From assembly GCF_009914755.1 (NCBI RefSeq), contig NC_060929.1: a stretch of DNA of 64,000 bases; one strand, given 5' to 3'. Origin of the DNA: the human T2T-CHM13v2.0 reference genome, Homo sapiens. A model generated the notes under the pieces. That model saw only the letters and a program-made list of their open reading frames with translations. It was not told the DNA's origin and ran no database searches. The translations under genes were made by a program, and so were the position numbers. Shown piece after piece: positions 27,143 to 39,100 of the stretch (the first letter of the stretch is position 1; each line of letters opens with the position of its first letter).

Positions 27143-30100
27143 GTGAGCCGCATGGGGCGCCAGGCAGGGCCAATCCGGGGGAGGCGAGTTTCGGCCCCCC
27201 CAGAGGAGCCTGCAGCTGCCCCCAGGATTCCCCACCTGGGACCCCGGAGGCCTTCCCCAGAGGCCACAACCCTCAGCAGTTTGGGGAGAAGGAGGGGGAG
27301 AGAGGGGGTCCCTGATGACCAAGGAGCTCCCAGACCTCACATTCAGTGATTGTTTTCTTTGTGCGTCGGTTCATTCGATCAGTCAGGCATTCACTCACAC
27401 CTGTGAGCACCCACTCCCGTGCTGGGGACAGCCCGCCACCCTCGGAGCCCAAGTTCCCACAGAGAGGCAGACAGCGGGGTGACCTCTCAGCAGGGAGAGA
27501 GGCCCCTCAGGGGAGGTGATGTGTTAACTGAGAGAGGCATAAGAACCGGTTAGGGAGTGCAGAAGGGGGAAGTGCATCCCAGGCAGGGGACACAGCCCAG
27601 GAAAGCCTGGAGGCAGACGCCGGCATGCCGGTGGTGGGGTCAGCAGTGAGGGTGAGGGTGTGCAGGGGACCAAACTGATGCCACTGTCTTAGGGGATCTC
27701 AAGCTGCAGAGCGACATGGCCAGAGCTATATGTGATTCAGGGGCCAGAGTTGGGGCTGATGGAAGCAGCAGGTCTGGAGACACTGAGCAGAGGGGGCCAG
27801 CCAGACTCAGCTGGGGGCACAGAGAGAGAGGTTCTAGGGGCAGCGAGCAGACCCAGGAAGCACCTCTTCCATGAGACACCACATTCCCCACCCCCAGCCC
27901 TGGCCTTAAGTGGCACTGGGGACGTGGGCAGACAGCCCTTGTCTGGGTTCCGCAACTCCCCCAGAAAGGACTGGCAGAGAGAGAGGCAGGAGCAAACAAC
28001 AGCTTCTCCTCCTCCCCCTCCTCCCCCTTTTCCCCCTCCCTCTCCTCCTCCCTCCCCTCCTCCCCCTCCCCTCCTCCTTCTTTACCCCCTTCTTCCCTCC
28101 TCCCCCTCCTCCTCCTCCCCCTCCTCCTCCCCCTCCTCCTCCCCTCCCCCACTCCTCTCCTACCTTTCCTCCTCCTCCTCACTCATTAGAGCCTGTTTCA
28201 GTTTCCTCTCCCTTGGTGCTTTGTGGAGCACCCCACGCATAATGACACCTCAGGGGTAGTCCTGAGCCCCCTCCCACCAAGGCCTCAGCCATCCTGAGAC
28301 ACAGCACACATACCCTGTCGAGGCACAGCCCGTGCGGGACACACAGGCCATTGCCGTGAGGCTCAAGCCACAGTGCAGCTGGGACAAGCAGGTGTCACCC
28401 AGGACTCCCACTGATGCCAAGGGCAGGCCGGGGACCTTGGGCCTAGAGAGGTGGCCCAGGAAGGATTCCCAGCGGAGGAGGAACATCCAAGCTCAGGTCT
28501 CAAAACCACCTGGAAAGGGCATCTCCCAGGCCTGTAGAATGGAAGGTGCAGAGGCGCAGAACAGCCTTGGGTGGCTCGGGTATGGAGCGAGAGCGAACCC
28601 CGGGGCAGGCAGCAGTGGCCAGGAGACTGCGCTAAGGGGCCCCTGGAGGCTGAGACACCAGAGCGGGCTGCGGTCGCACTTGCACTGTAGGAAGACCGTG
28701 CTGGGCACAGGGAGACTGGAGGAGGGCAAGGCCCCTGCCAGGGAGAACGGTTTGGAAGCTCTGGCAGTGATCTGAGGTGAGCTGAAGAGCCCTGGATTTA
28801 GGCAGTGCCATTTAGCCCCAGAACCAGCTTGTCATTTTACGGTTGAGACTGAGGCCTTGGCTCTTACTCATCCAGAGCCCTGCCGGGGCTCCAACCAGCC
28901 CTTCTCGTCTGCAGCAGTCACACACCACCCCTCCGTGAGGGTCAGCAGGGACTGCCTCCCTCCCCCAAGTGTCGTCTCAGTGCCTTGGCCTGACTGCAGC
29001 TTCTCACCTGCGGTCTTCAGGTGTTCGCTGAGCACCTGCTCTGTGCCATGCCTTGGGTTAGGTACTAGGAGTTATGCTCTCAGGGCAGTGATCCAGCTCT
29101 ACCTCCTACCCTCAGAGGGAGATAGAGAGGGTTGGCGGCCAATGTAGCCCAACAGAACCCTGGGCACCAACACCTCCCAGGACCAGAGCCTCTCCCGGCC
29201 CCAGCGGAGGTGCCAGAGGCCTCCCTGCCCAGCAGCAGGGCCCACCTTGTCTTGCTGGGAGGGTCTGCAGGAGAACCGCAGGCAAGTCCCTCCCCTCCCT
29301 GGGCTCAGTTTCTTCATCTGTAAAATGGGGGTGAGGAGACCTCCCCTCCATCCTGCCCCTTGCAGATTGGTCGGGGGAAGCCATGAAATCTCACGTGCCC
29401 AGTCAGGACCCAGCACGGGGCCTTTCCTTTCTCCCCACCCCACACCCGGGGCCCAGCGTCCCTTCAGCATAAGTTCTCCCACTGCTGTGGCAGGTCCCCC
29501 AGGGAAAGCACAGCCAGAGAGCTGCTCTCCTGCAGCCTGGAAGCTCCAGTCCAGCCCCCTGCTGCTCCCAGCACCCCCTTCCGGGCTCCCCCGCACACCC
29601 CTCTGTCTGAAACACCCCTGCCATTATGAGGGCTCAGATCCATGGACTGGCAGGAACCCAGACCCTTGCCTGAATGAGCAGTCGCAGGCCCGGGCCGGCA
29701 CACACACCGGGAGCCCCTGGCCCACACTCCCCAGCCGGCTCCTGTGGCCCTGTTCTCTTCCTGCCGGGCAGAGAAGCAGAGCTTGGGACACGTCCCACCC
29801 GTAACCGCCAGGGTCCTCTTCTGCCCCGAGCATCCGACTCCAGCCTCCCATGGCCGGAACATCTGAACGTTCATTGATCTCATCGATTTCTCAACCCAAA
29901 GCCATCGAGTGCTTTGAGGTGAAGAAAAAGGCTTTCCTTACCCACGGCAGATACCACGGCAGTGGCGCCACGCCGCCAAAGACCAAAGACCCCAAACCAG
30001 AAACGTTCTGTGGTCAGACAGGTATGGCAGGGCTCGGAGGCCCACCCAGCTCTGCAGCCCACTCATTCATGTGTGGGGCTGGAGGTGGCCGGATGGACAC

Positions 30101-33100
30101 CCAGGAGAGCACCTACTTCCCTCTCGTTTGCCCTCATTCCTCACCCAGAAGGCCAGGGGGCAGGGACCAAGGCCTGAAGTGCTGGAACCCAAACCTGCTA
30201 ACACTAAAAAAAAGCCTGAAATTTGCAAAACCAAGCACTGGAGTCCGGTCTGGGAGTATAACTTATTTTGTGTTAAACAAACTGATTGGTTATTAGATTG
30301 TTTAGAAGCAGATTGCTGAGAAGGTGAGAACCGAAGTGCCAGCTTGGCCTCAGAGCCCCAGCTAGAAACCCTGGGCAGCCCAGGTTCACACACACACCCG
30401 CCCAGGCCCACTGGCCCGGGGTCCCTCCCCAGGGCTGGCACCTGCTCACACTTATGGGCAGGTACAGACATAGCTGTACCCAGACACTGCTCCCAGGAAC
30501 CAGGCTGCCTGATGATCCACAAGAGGAGAGCGCACAGCCCCTCACATCAAAGATGGGGTAGGGCCGGGTCTGCAGCCCCCGCCTCAGGCACTGCCCTCCA
30601 GGAGCTTGTGGGGCTGAAGGGCACCCCTCACCAAGGCACTGCGTGGAGCTGGCACATTGAGGACACACTTGGCCCTCACTCATGCAAGTGAGAGGGAGGA
30701 GAGGAGGTGGCAGGACAGAAGGGGAGGGAAGGCAAAGGGAGAAGAAAAGGGAGCGCTTAAAGGTAGTGCTGTTCTCCCAAGCTGAGCCGCCTGGGCCATG
30801 GGTGAGGCTCCTGAAGGAGGGCCGGGCTCCCCACAGCACCACGGGGGATGGAGGAACCATTAACAGACTTGTCCACCCAAGGGAGAAAAAGTACCCAGTT
30901 CAGAATGTTCTGGAGGTCTCCCACCCCTAACCCCCAAGGCAGAGAGGATGAAGGGAGTGGAGGGCCCCTCCCCAGATCTCCTTATCAGATGCCCTAAGTC
31001 ATATTGAAAGATAGCTGGTGCCCAAGGCCCCTCTCCTATACAAGGACCCTGTGAGCCACCCCCTCGTTCTCAGCCTGCCCACCCCACCCCCTGAGAGTGT
31101 CCACACTGGGTGTCTTAGAGAACGGGGCAGGTGGTGCCCAGAACGGAGGGAAGCGGCCCAGCTACCATGATCTCACCAGAGGTGACAGCTCTGCCATCTC
31201 CTATGATAGCTGGCCGGCGACAGGGACAAAGTGATAGAAAAATCTGGACACCCAGTGTGAGAGCCCAGAGGCTTGTGAGGAGGGGTCTGGGAAGCAGTCG
31301 GAGAAAGTCATGTTAGAGAAATTAAGAGGGAAACAGCCTCCCAGCCTGCCGGCTCAGCTGGGCGGCCGCTCTTCCCGCAATGCAGCCCTAATTGAATTTC
31401 GCTGTTAACAATGGAAACACATTGGCTGCCGGCCTCTCTCTCCCTTTCTGATAAGCCAATGACCCGAGGGAAATTGGGGTCAGGAGGAGGAGAAATTGGA
31501 AGCAAACAGTCTTTTCTCACTGCTGGGGATGCTGGTTTTGGCTACAGACGGGGCAGGAGGAGGGTTGCTGCCCCCGCTCCTGAGTTGTCAGAGGGTCCTC
31601 AGCCTGCCTCAGGCCAGATATGGCAGAAGGTGGGGGGCTGAGTCCAGCCTGGAGCGGAGTCCCCCCAGCTCACCCTAGTTAGGCAGAGCGGGTCCTAGAC
31701 CCCCAGCTCCCCCTCTGCTGGCTGCTCTCTCACCCTCTTCCAAAGTTTCTCCCTAGTGCATAGGCGCCCCAGCTCACCCTTCGGATGCAGACAGTCCCGG
31801 GTCCCCATGGCAAGTCACTTCCCTCTGCATTTCTGTCCAAGGGAGTGGATTAAGACGACATCCCCATCCCGGCACGTGGGAAACCCTAAGTCCCAGGGCG
31901 CTAGCATCATACTACATAATCACTGCAATTATATTGTTAATGACTGTTATTATATTATCACGTCAGGATCTATCTGCTAGCCCCCGAGGGAGGGGGCCAG
32001 ATCCTTCCTCACCTCTTTTACCCACAGAGGTGCAGAGCTCAGCCTGTCTGCCCCACCCCTTCTGCCTGGAGTCTTTGGAGGTCAGACCCTCTGGCCCAAA
32101 GCTCTACGGCAGCCCCTTTATGGACATTTCTGTAAGTGACTCCGGGGAGTCAGGCCTCAGGTAACAAAGTATAATGAATGGAAGGTCTACCCTGCCTGCC
32201 CGGGGCCTTCAGGAGATAGAAATCAAGCGGCCCTTGGGCCCCCTGGAGTTTCCTCCAGGCTGGAGGTTGCCTTAAAACTTAAAATATAATAATAATAAAA
32301 TTTAAAAAAAAAAAAACAAAGTCCACTCCCTTGCCAGTCAGCGAGAGTGGCTGAGGGTGGCGCAGGAACCCACACACAGAAGCTCAGGGTGGCCCTGGGG
32401 CTCTGACTACCTGCCCCTCCCGCCCCCAGGGCTGCCCACCATGGAGGTCCGCATTAATGTCTCAAGGCAGCAGGTCGAGAAGGTGTTCGGGCTGGAGGAA
32501 TACTGGTGCCAGTGCGTGGCATGGAGCTCCTCGGGCACCACCAAGAGTCAGAAGGCCTACATCCGCATAGCCTGTGAGTCTAGGGCTGGGCCCTGGGGGA
32601 GGGCGCACGGCGGGAGGGTGTCACCAGGAGAGGGGACAGTAGGCTTCCTGGAAGAGGCGGTCCGGTCAGAAAACCTCACAGCCCTGCCTGGATGAGTGGA
32701 TAAAGTGCCTGTGGACACGGCCCAGCCACCCCATGGCCCCCTGGCCACCTGGCACTTCCTCTGCCATGTGCCACGGCCCCTGCAGGACAAGGGACACAGC
32801 CAGCCAGGCTGAGCCTGTGCGAGGCCCTCAGACAGGAGGACACTCTCATTCCTCTTCTAGATTTGCGCAAGAACTTCGAGCAGGAGCCGCTGGCCAAGGA
32901 GGTGTCCCTGGAGCAGGGCATCGTGCTGCCCTGCCGTCCACCGGAGGGCATCCCTCCAGCCGAGGTGAGGGCTCCTCTAGTGCCCACGTCTGGACCTGGG
33001 CTCCTGCCTGGTCACCCTGGCAGGGGCCACTCTGGGCAGGGCCAGCATGGGCTGGCAGTACATGGCAGGGCTCCCTCCCCTAGGTGGAGTGGCTCCGGAA

Positions 33101-36100
33101 CGAGGACCTGGTGGACCCGTCCCTGGACCCCAATGTATACATCACGCGGGAGCACAGCCTGGTGGTGCGACAGGCCCGCCTTGCTGACACGGCCAACTAC
33201 ACCTGCGTGGCCAAGAACATCGTGGCACGTCGCCGCAGCGCCTCCGCTGCTGTCATCGTCTACGGTGGGCCCCGGGACTCCCTGGTCACAGGGAGAGGCA
33301 CTGCGGTGCCCCTGGGCAGTGACATGTGGCTGGTGGGGTGAAGAGAGGCCATGAGGCCAAAGCCAGGTGGACCAGATCGTGCCTGACTAGGCAGGATAAG
33401 CAAAGGGCTCTCTGTGACTGCTGGGGGCCCAGGGGCATGTCTGGGCAAAGGAGTGGGACAGATTGGAGGTCCTTTGTGGGCAGCGGGCATTGTGCAGAAG
33501 GAGATGAGGGACAGGATGGGAATCTAGGAAAGGTGACAGGCTGTCCCCACTCCTGAGTCTCCAAGGGGGGAATCAGAAGCCACACAGTCCAGGCACCCCC
33601 AGGAGCCAGCAGAGGGAGGGTGCGGGAGTCACCCCAGGAGAGGCTGGGGTCTGGGCTGCAGGAGTGTGTGAGCCGCGGTTCAGCCTGGCTACCCCGAGTG
33701 CCCCCTGGGAGAAGGGAAGACTGTGGCGTGCGTGCTGCAGGGCCCGGGGGCCAGCAGGCACGAGCATGGCCTCCCCCAGGCCTTCTCTCCCAGCTCAGCC
33801 ACAGCCCACCCGTGTCCAGCTCACAGCCCCTCTGCCCTCACGCCCCGTCCCCTGGGCCAGTGTATCTGAGGACGCCCCCGCTCCCTGACCCCAGTCCTTC
33901 TCTGTCCGGCCAGTGAACGGTGGGTGGTCGACGTGGACCGAGTGGTCCGTCTGCAGCGCCAGCTGTGGGCGCGGCTGGCAGAAACGGAGCCGGAGCTGCA
34001 CCAACCCGGCGCCTCTCAACGGGGGCGCTTTCTGTGAGGGGCAGAATGTCCAGAAAACAGCCTGCGCCACCCTGTGCCCAGGTACCAGCGGCCACCGCCT
34101 CCCGCATCGTTCCTCACCACGCCATCTCCGTGCCCTGGCTCCATCGCGCCCACCAGCCTGCCCCCCCATGGCTCCATCCCACCCACCCGCCACGCAGGGC
34201 CAGGCTCAGTCTGAGGCGGGGATCGGGGTGCGGTGTATGGTTGGAGTCAGGGCTCGATCTGTGTCCAATGTCAGGGCTCAACATAGGGTGTAAGTCACAG
34301 GGTGTGAGGTACAGTTTGACAGGGTCTAGGGCTCAGCCCAGGGCTGCAGAGTCCACTTGTCCCTGGGTTCAGAAGGGTCAACGTGTGACGAGAGAGCCCT
34401 CGCTGCCCCAGGGCCAGGACAGCCTCCCTGGTGTGGAGAGAGCCAAGCAGCCCCTGGCGTCATCCGCGCCTCCCTGTCATTAGCATGCGTCATCAAGGCC
34501 AGCTGGACACTAGAGGGCGTGCATCGTGGGCCTGGCCCTGGCTTTGCACCCAAATCCAGGCTGCCTTGCACTGCCTGGTCTGGTTGCCCAGAGGGGCCAC
34601 ACTGGCAGACTGCCGGGGTGGGCTCCCAGGCTGACCGCACCGTCTCCTCTCTGCTTGTCTCTCATCTAGTGGACGGCAGCTGGAGCCCGTGGAGCAAGTG
34701 GTCGGCCTGTGGGCTGGACTGCACCCACTGGCGGAGCCGTGAGTGCTCTGACCCAGCACCCCGCAACGGAGGGGAGGAGTGCCAGGGCACTGACCTGGAC
34801 ACCCGCAACTGTACCAGTGACCTCTGTGTACACAGTGAGTCCTCTCTGCCCTGAGGTCCTCTTCTGTTTGCCTGGATTGGCCTTGCCCAGCCCTGGGGAG
34901 GTGGGGGCTGAGGGAGCTATTCTCCTGCCAAAGGCTGTAGCCTCTCCAGGCTCAGGACCCACTGAGATCCCCCTCATCCTTAGCATACCTGCACATGGGC
35001 CCAGGCGCGCCCCACCACCTCCCATGCCTCCTGAGACGGGCACAGATTTGAACCTTGATTCATGCACACCCATTGCCCACACTTACCCAACACCACAGCT
35101 TCACATCTGCCCACACTCACCAACACCACAGCTTCACATCTGCCCACGCTCACCCCACACCACAGCTTCCCATCTGCCCACGCTCACCCCACACCACAGC
35201 TTCCCATCTGCCCACGCTCACCCCACACCACAGCTTCCCATCTGCCCACACTCGCCCAACACCACAGCTTCCCATCTGCCCACGCTCGCCCCACACCACA
35301 GCTTCCCATCTGCCCACACTCGCCCCACACCACAGCTTCCCATCTGCCCACACTCGCCCCACACCACAGCTTCCCATCTGCCCACACTCGCCCCACACCA
35401 CAGCTTCCCATCTGCCCACGCTCACCAACACCACAGCTTCCCATCTGCCCACACTCGCCCCAACACCACAGCTTCCCATCTGCCCACGCTCACCAACACC
35501 ACAGCTTCACATCTGCCCACACTCACCAACACCACAGCTTCCCATCTGCCCACACCTGCCCCAACACCACAGCTTCCCATCTGCCCACACTCGCCCCACA
35601 CCACAGCTTCCCATCTGCCCACACTCGCCCCACACCACAGCTTCCCATCTGCCCACACTCACCAACACCACAGCTTCACATCTGCCCACACCTGCCCCAA
35701 CACCACAGCTTCCCATCTGCCCACACTCGCCCAACACCACAGCTTCACATCTGCCCACACTCACCAACACCACAGCTTCCCATCTGCCCACACTCGCCCC
35801 AACACCACAGCTTCCCATCTGCCCACACTCGCCCCAACACCACAGCTTCCCATCTGCCCACACTCGCCCCAACACCACAGCTTCCCATCTGCCCACACTC
35901 GCCCCAACACCACAGCTTCCCATCTGCCCACACTCACCAACACCACAGCTTCCCATCTGCCCACACTCGCCCCAACACCACAGCTTCCCATCTGTCCACG
36001 CTCACCAACACCACAGCTTCCCATCTGCCCACACTCACCAACACCACAGCTTCACATCTGCCCACACTCACCCCACACCACAGCTTCCCATCTGCCCACA

Positions 36101-39100
36101 CTCACCCCACACCACAGCCTCACATCTGCCCACACTCGCCCCACACCACAGCTTCCCATCTGCCCACACTCGCCCCACACCACAGCTTCCCATCTGCCCA
36201 CACTCACCAACACCACAGCTTCACATCTGCCCACACCTGCCCCAACACCACAGCTTCCCATCTGCCCACACTCGCCCAACACCACAGCTTCCCATCTGCC
36301 CACACTCGCCCAACACCACAGCTTCCCATCTGCCCACACTCGCCCCAACACCACAGCTTCCCATCTGCCCACACTCGCCCAACACCACAGCTTCCCATCT
36401 GCCCACACTCGCCCCAACACCACAGCTTCCCATCTGTCCACGCTCACCAACACCACAGCTTCCCATCTGCCCACACTCACCAACACCACAGCTTCACATC
36501 TGCCCACACTCACCCCACACCACAGCTTCCCATCTGCCCACACTCACCCCACACCACAGCTTCACATCTGCCCACACTCACCAACACCACAGCTTCCCAT
36601 CTGCCCACACCTGCCCCAACACCACAGCTTCCCATCTGCCCACACTCGCCCCAACACCACAGCTTCCCATCTGCCCACACTCACCAACACCACAGCTTCC
36701 CATCTGCCCACACCTGCCCCAACACCACAGCTTCCCATCTGCCCACACTCACCCAACACCACAGCTTCCCATCTGCCCACACTCACCCAACACCACAGCT
36801 TCCCATCTGCCCACACTCACCCAACACCACAGCTTCCCATCTGCCCACACTCACCCAACACCACAGCTTCCCATCTGCCCACACTCACCAACACCACAGC
36901 TTCACATCTGCCCACACTCACCCCACACCACAGCTTCCCATCTGCCCACACTCACCCAACACCACAGCTTCCCATCTGCCCACACTCACCAACACCACAG
37001 CTTCCCATCTGCCCACACTCGCCCAACACCACAGCTTCCCATCTGCCTGGTCCCCCAAGTGCACATACAGGTCCTGTGGGAATGCCGGGCTTGTGAGGGC
37101 TGTTAATTACAAGGCCATAACTAACAATTAAAGATCTCTGTTGGATTTTTTTTTTTCCTCTAGAACATACCCTCCCCCATTCTTTCAATTAAAAACCTAA
37201 TTATCTGTGTCAATTCCTTTCTGATGGACATTTCTTCCATTTATGCAAAACCCTTCTAAAATCAATATAGCTTCCTCCAAGCAGTCAATCACCCCCTCCC
37301 CAGACCTGCCCCAGGCCTTGGGGAGGCAGACAGAGAGAAGGGCCCCCAAACCCCTGCTCCTGGTCTAGGCACTGACCTGGAACCACACAGGAGGCAGACC
37401 CTGTGCTCTGGGGATCCCAGGAGTTCACCCCCAGCCCAAGCTGCCCTTGTCCCAGAAGAGCAGGCAGCAGGTTCAACCTAGCAGCCAGGCACCAGGTTAT
37501 CCGCTCTGGGGAAGTAGCTCTTCCCCTCCTGCATCCTCCAGGCAGCAGACTCAGCTGGGATCTCAAGCCCACGAGGAATGTGATTTGCTCAGAGTCACAC
37601 AGCACAGTAATGGCAAATACAGGGCTGGGATGCACACGCACGGACTCCATGCTCCCTGCCACAAGCGTCTGCTCCCTAGCTAGTGCAGATGCCCCGGGGT
37701 GCAGACCTCATCCTCCTGGGGTGCAGACCACTGACCTCTCCTTCCCAGACTCCTACACCCCTGCCCCCACCAAGGCCATGCTGTCTCCCGCAGCTGCTTC
37801 TGGCCCTGAGGACGTGGCCCTCTATGTGGGCCTCATCGCCGTGGCCGTCTGCCTGGTCCTGCTGCTGCTTGTCCTCATCCTCGTTTATTGCCGGAAGAAG
37901 GAGGGGCTGGACTCAGATGTGGCTGACTCGTCCATTCTCACCTCAGGCTTCCAGCCCGTCAGCATCAAGCCCAGCAAAGCAGGTGAGGGGCCCCGTGCCC
38001 CCAGCACTCCTGCCCCAGCTCCCACGCCAAGGGCTGCTGGGGCAGGGATGCCCTAGGTGCCATTGCCTGAGTCTGTCTTTATCCTGCAGACAACCCCCAT
38101 CTGCTCACCATCCAGCCGGACCTCAGCACCACCACCACCACCTACCAGGGCAGTCTCTGTCCCCGGCAGGATGGGCCCAGCCCCAAGTTCCAGCTCACCA
38201 ATGGGCACCTGCTCAGCCCCCTGGGTGGCGGCCGCCACACACTGCACCACAGCTCTCCCACCTCTGAGGCCGAGGAGTTCGTCTCCCGCCTCTCCACCCA
38301 GAACTACTTCCGCTCCCTGCCCCGAGGCACCAGCAACATGACCTATGGGACCTTCAACTTCCTCGGGGGCCGGCTGATGATCCCTAATACAGGTAGGAAG
38401 GACCCCAGGGGGCTCTGAGAGCTCCACTTCCCTCCTGGAGGAGGACGGGACAGCCGGACGTTCCTCTCGTGCCCCTCGGTGTCCCGTGACAGATCAGCAA
38501 GGAAAGGGGGTGGAGTTTTGGGGAGAACCCAGTCTTGGCTGGCACCGAGGCCGTGGCCAGAGCTGTCTTCCTCTTGTTGCCTGTGGGCACAAGGTAATTG
38601 TCCATTCATTTACACAGCCAAGCAGCCTACTTGTTCCAGTCTCCATGTGGGGCCCTGGGCCCAGAGGTAGGGCAAGCCCCGGCCCCAAGGAGCTTGCAAC
38701 TGAGCAGGGAGACAACCAAGGGCAAACAGATGAGCACGGGCCTGGGCAGAGGCCATCCTGGAGTCCCCACTGCATCCTGGCTTCCACCCACCCCAGCACC
38801 GAAACCCTCTGAAGAACTCTTTCCATGGCTGCCTTGCAAGAAGTGGCTGCAGCCTCTGGCATGGCTGGCCACTCCCACCCGAAATTCCCAAGTCCCTCAG
38901 CTTAGATGACCCCATGCGCTCCTGGTTTGCTTGCCCCTCTCCAGCTGCCTGTTCCATAAATGTAGGTGTGCCTCCGAGCTCCCTCCCAGTGCCCTTCTCC
39001 CCGAGCGGCCTCGCCCACTCCATGGCTTTAATCGCCGTGTCTGTGCAGATAACTCCCACTCCCCCATCCTTAGCCTGCAGTTCTCCCGGGCGACAGAACT

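Noticed and set aside
33265-33341. Exon 5 read-through GPRDSLVTG...WLVG*
   Set aside because: Simple intron read-through with no nearby poly(A) signal; would probably be an NMD target.
35074-37047. CRISPR-like appearance of 33-35-bp repeats
   Set aside because: Units are head-to-tail with no unique spacers, there are no cas genes, and the context is a eukaryotic intron.
34709-37131. Three very long plus-strand ORFs (795, 683, 689 aa)
   Set aside because: Artefact of the C/A-rich VNTR, which lacks stop codons in all three frames. Periodic low-complexity translation inside an intron, with no coding signature.
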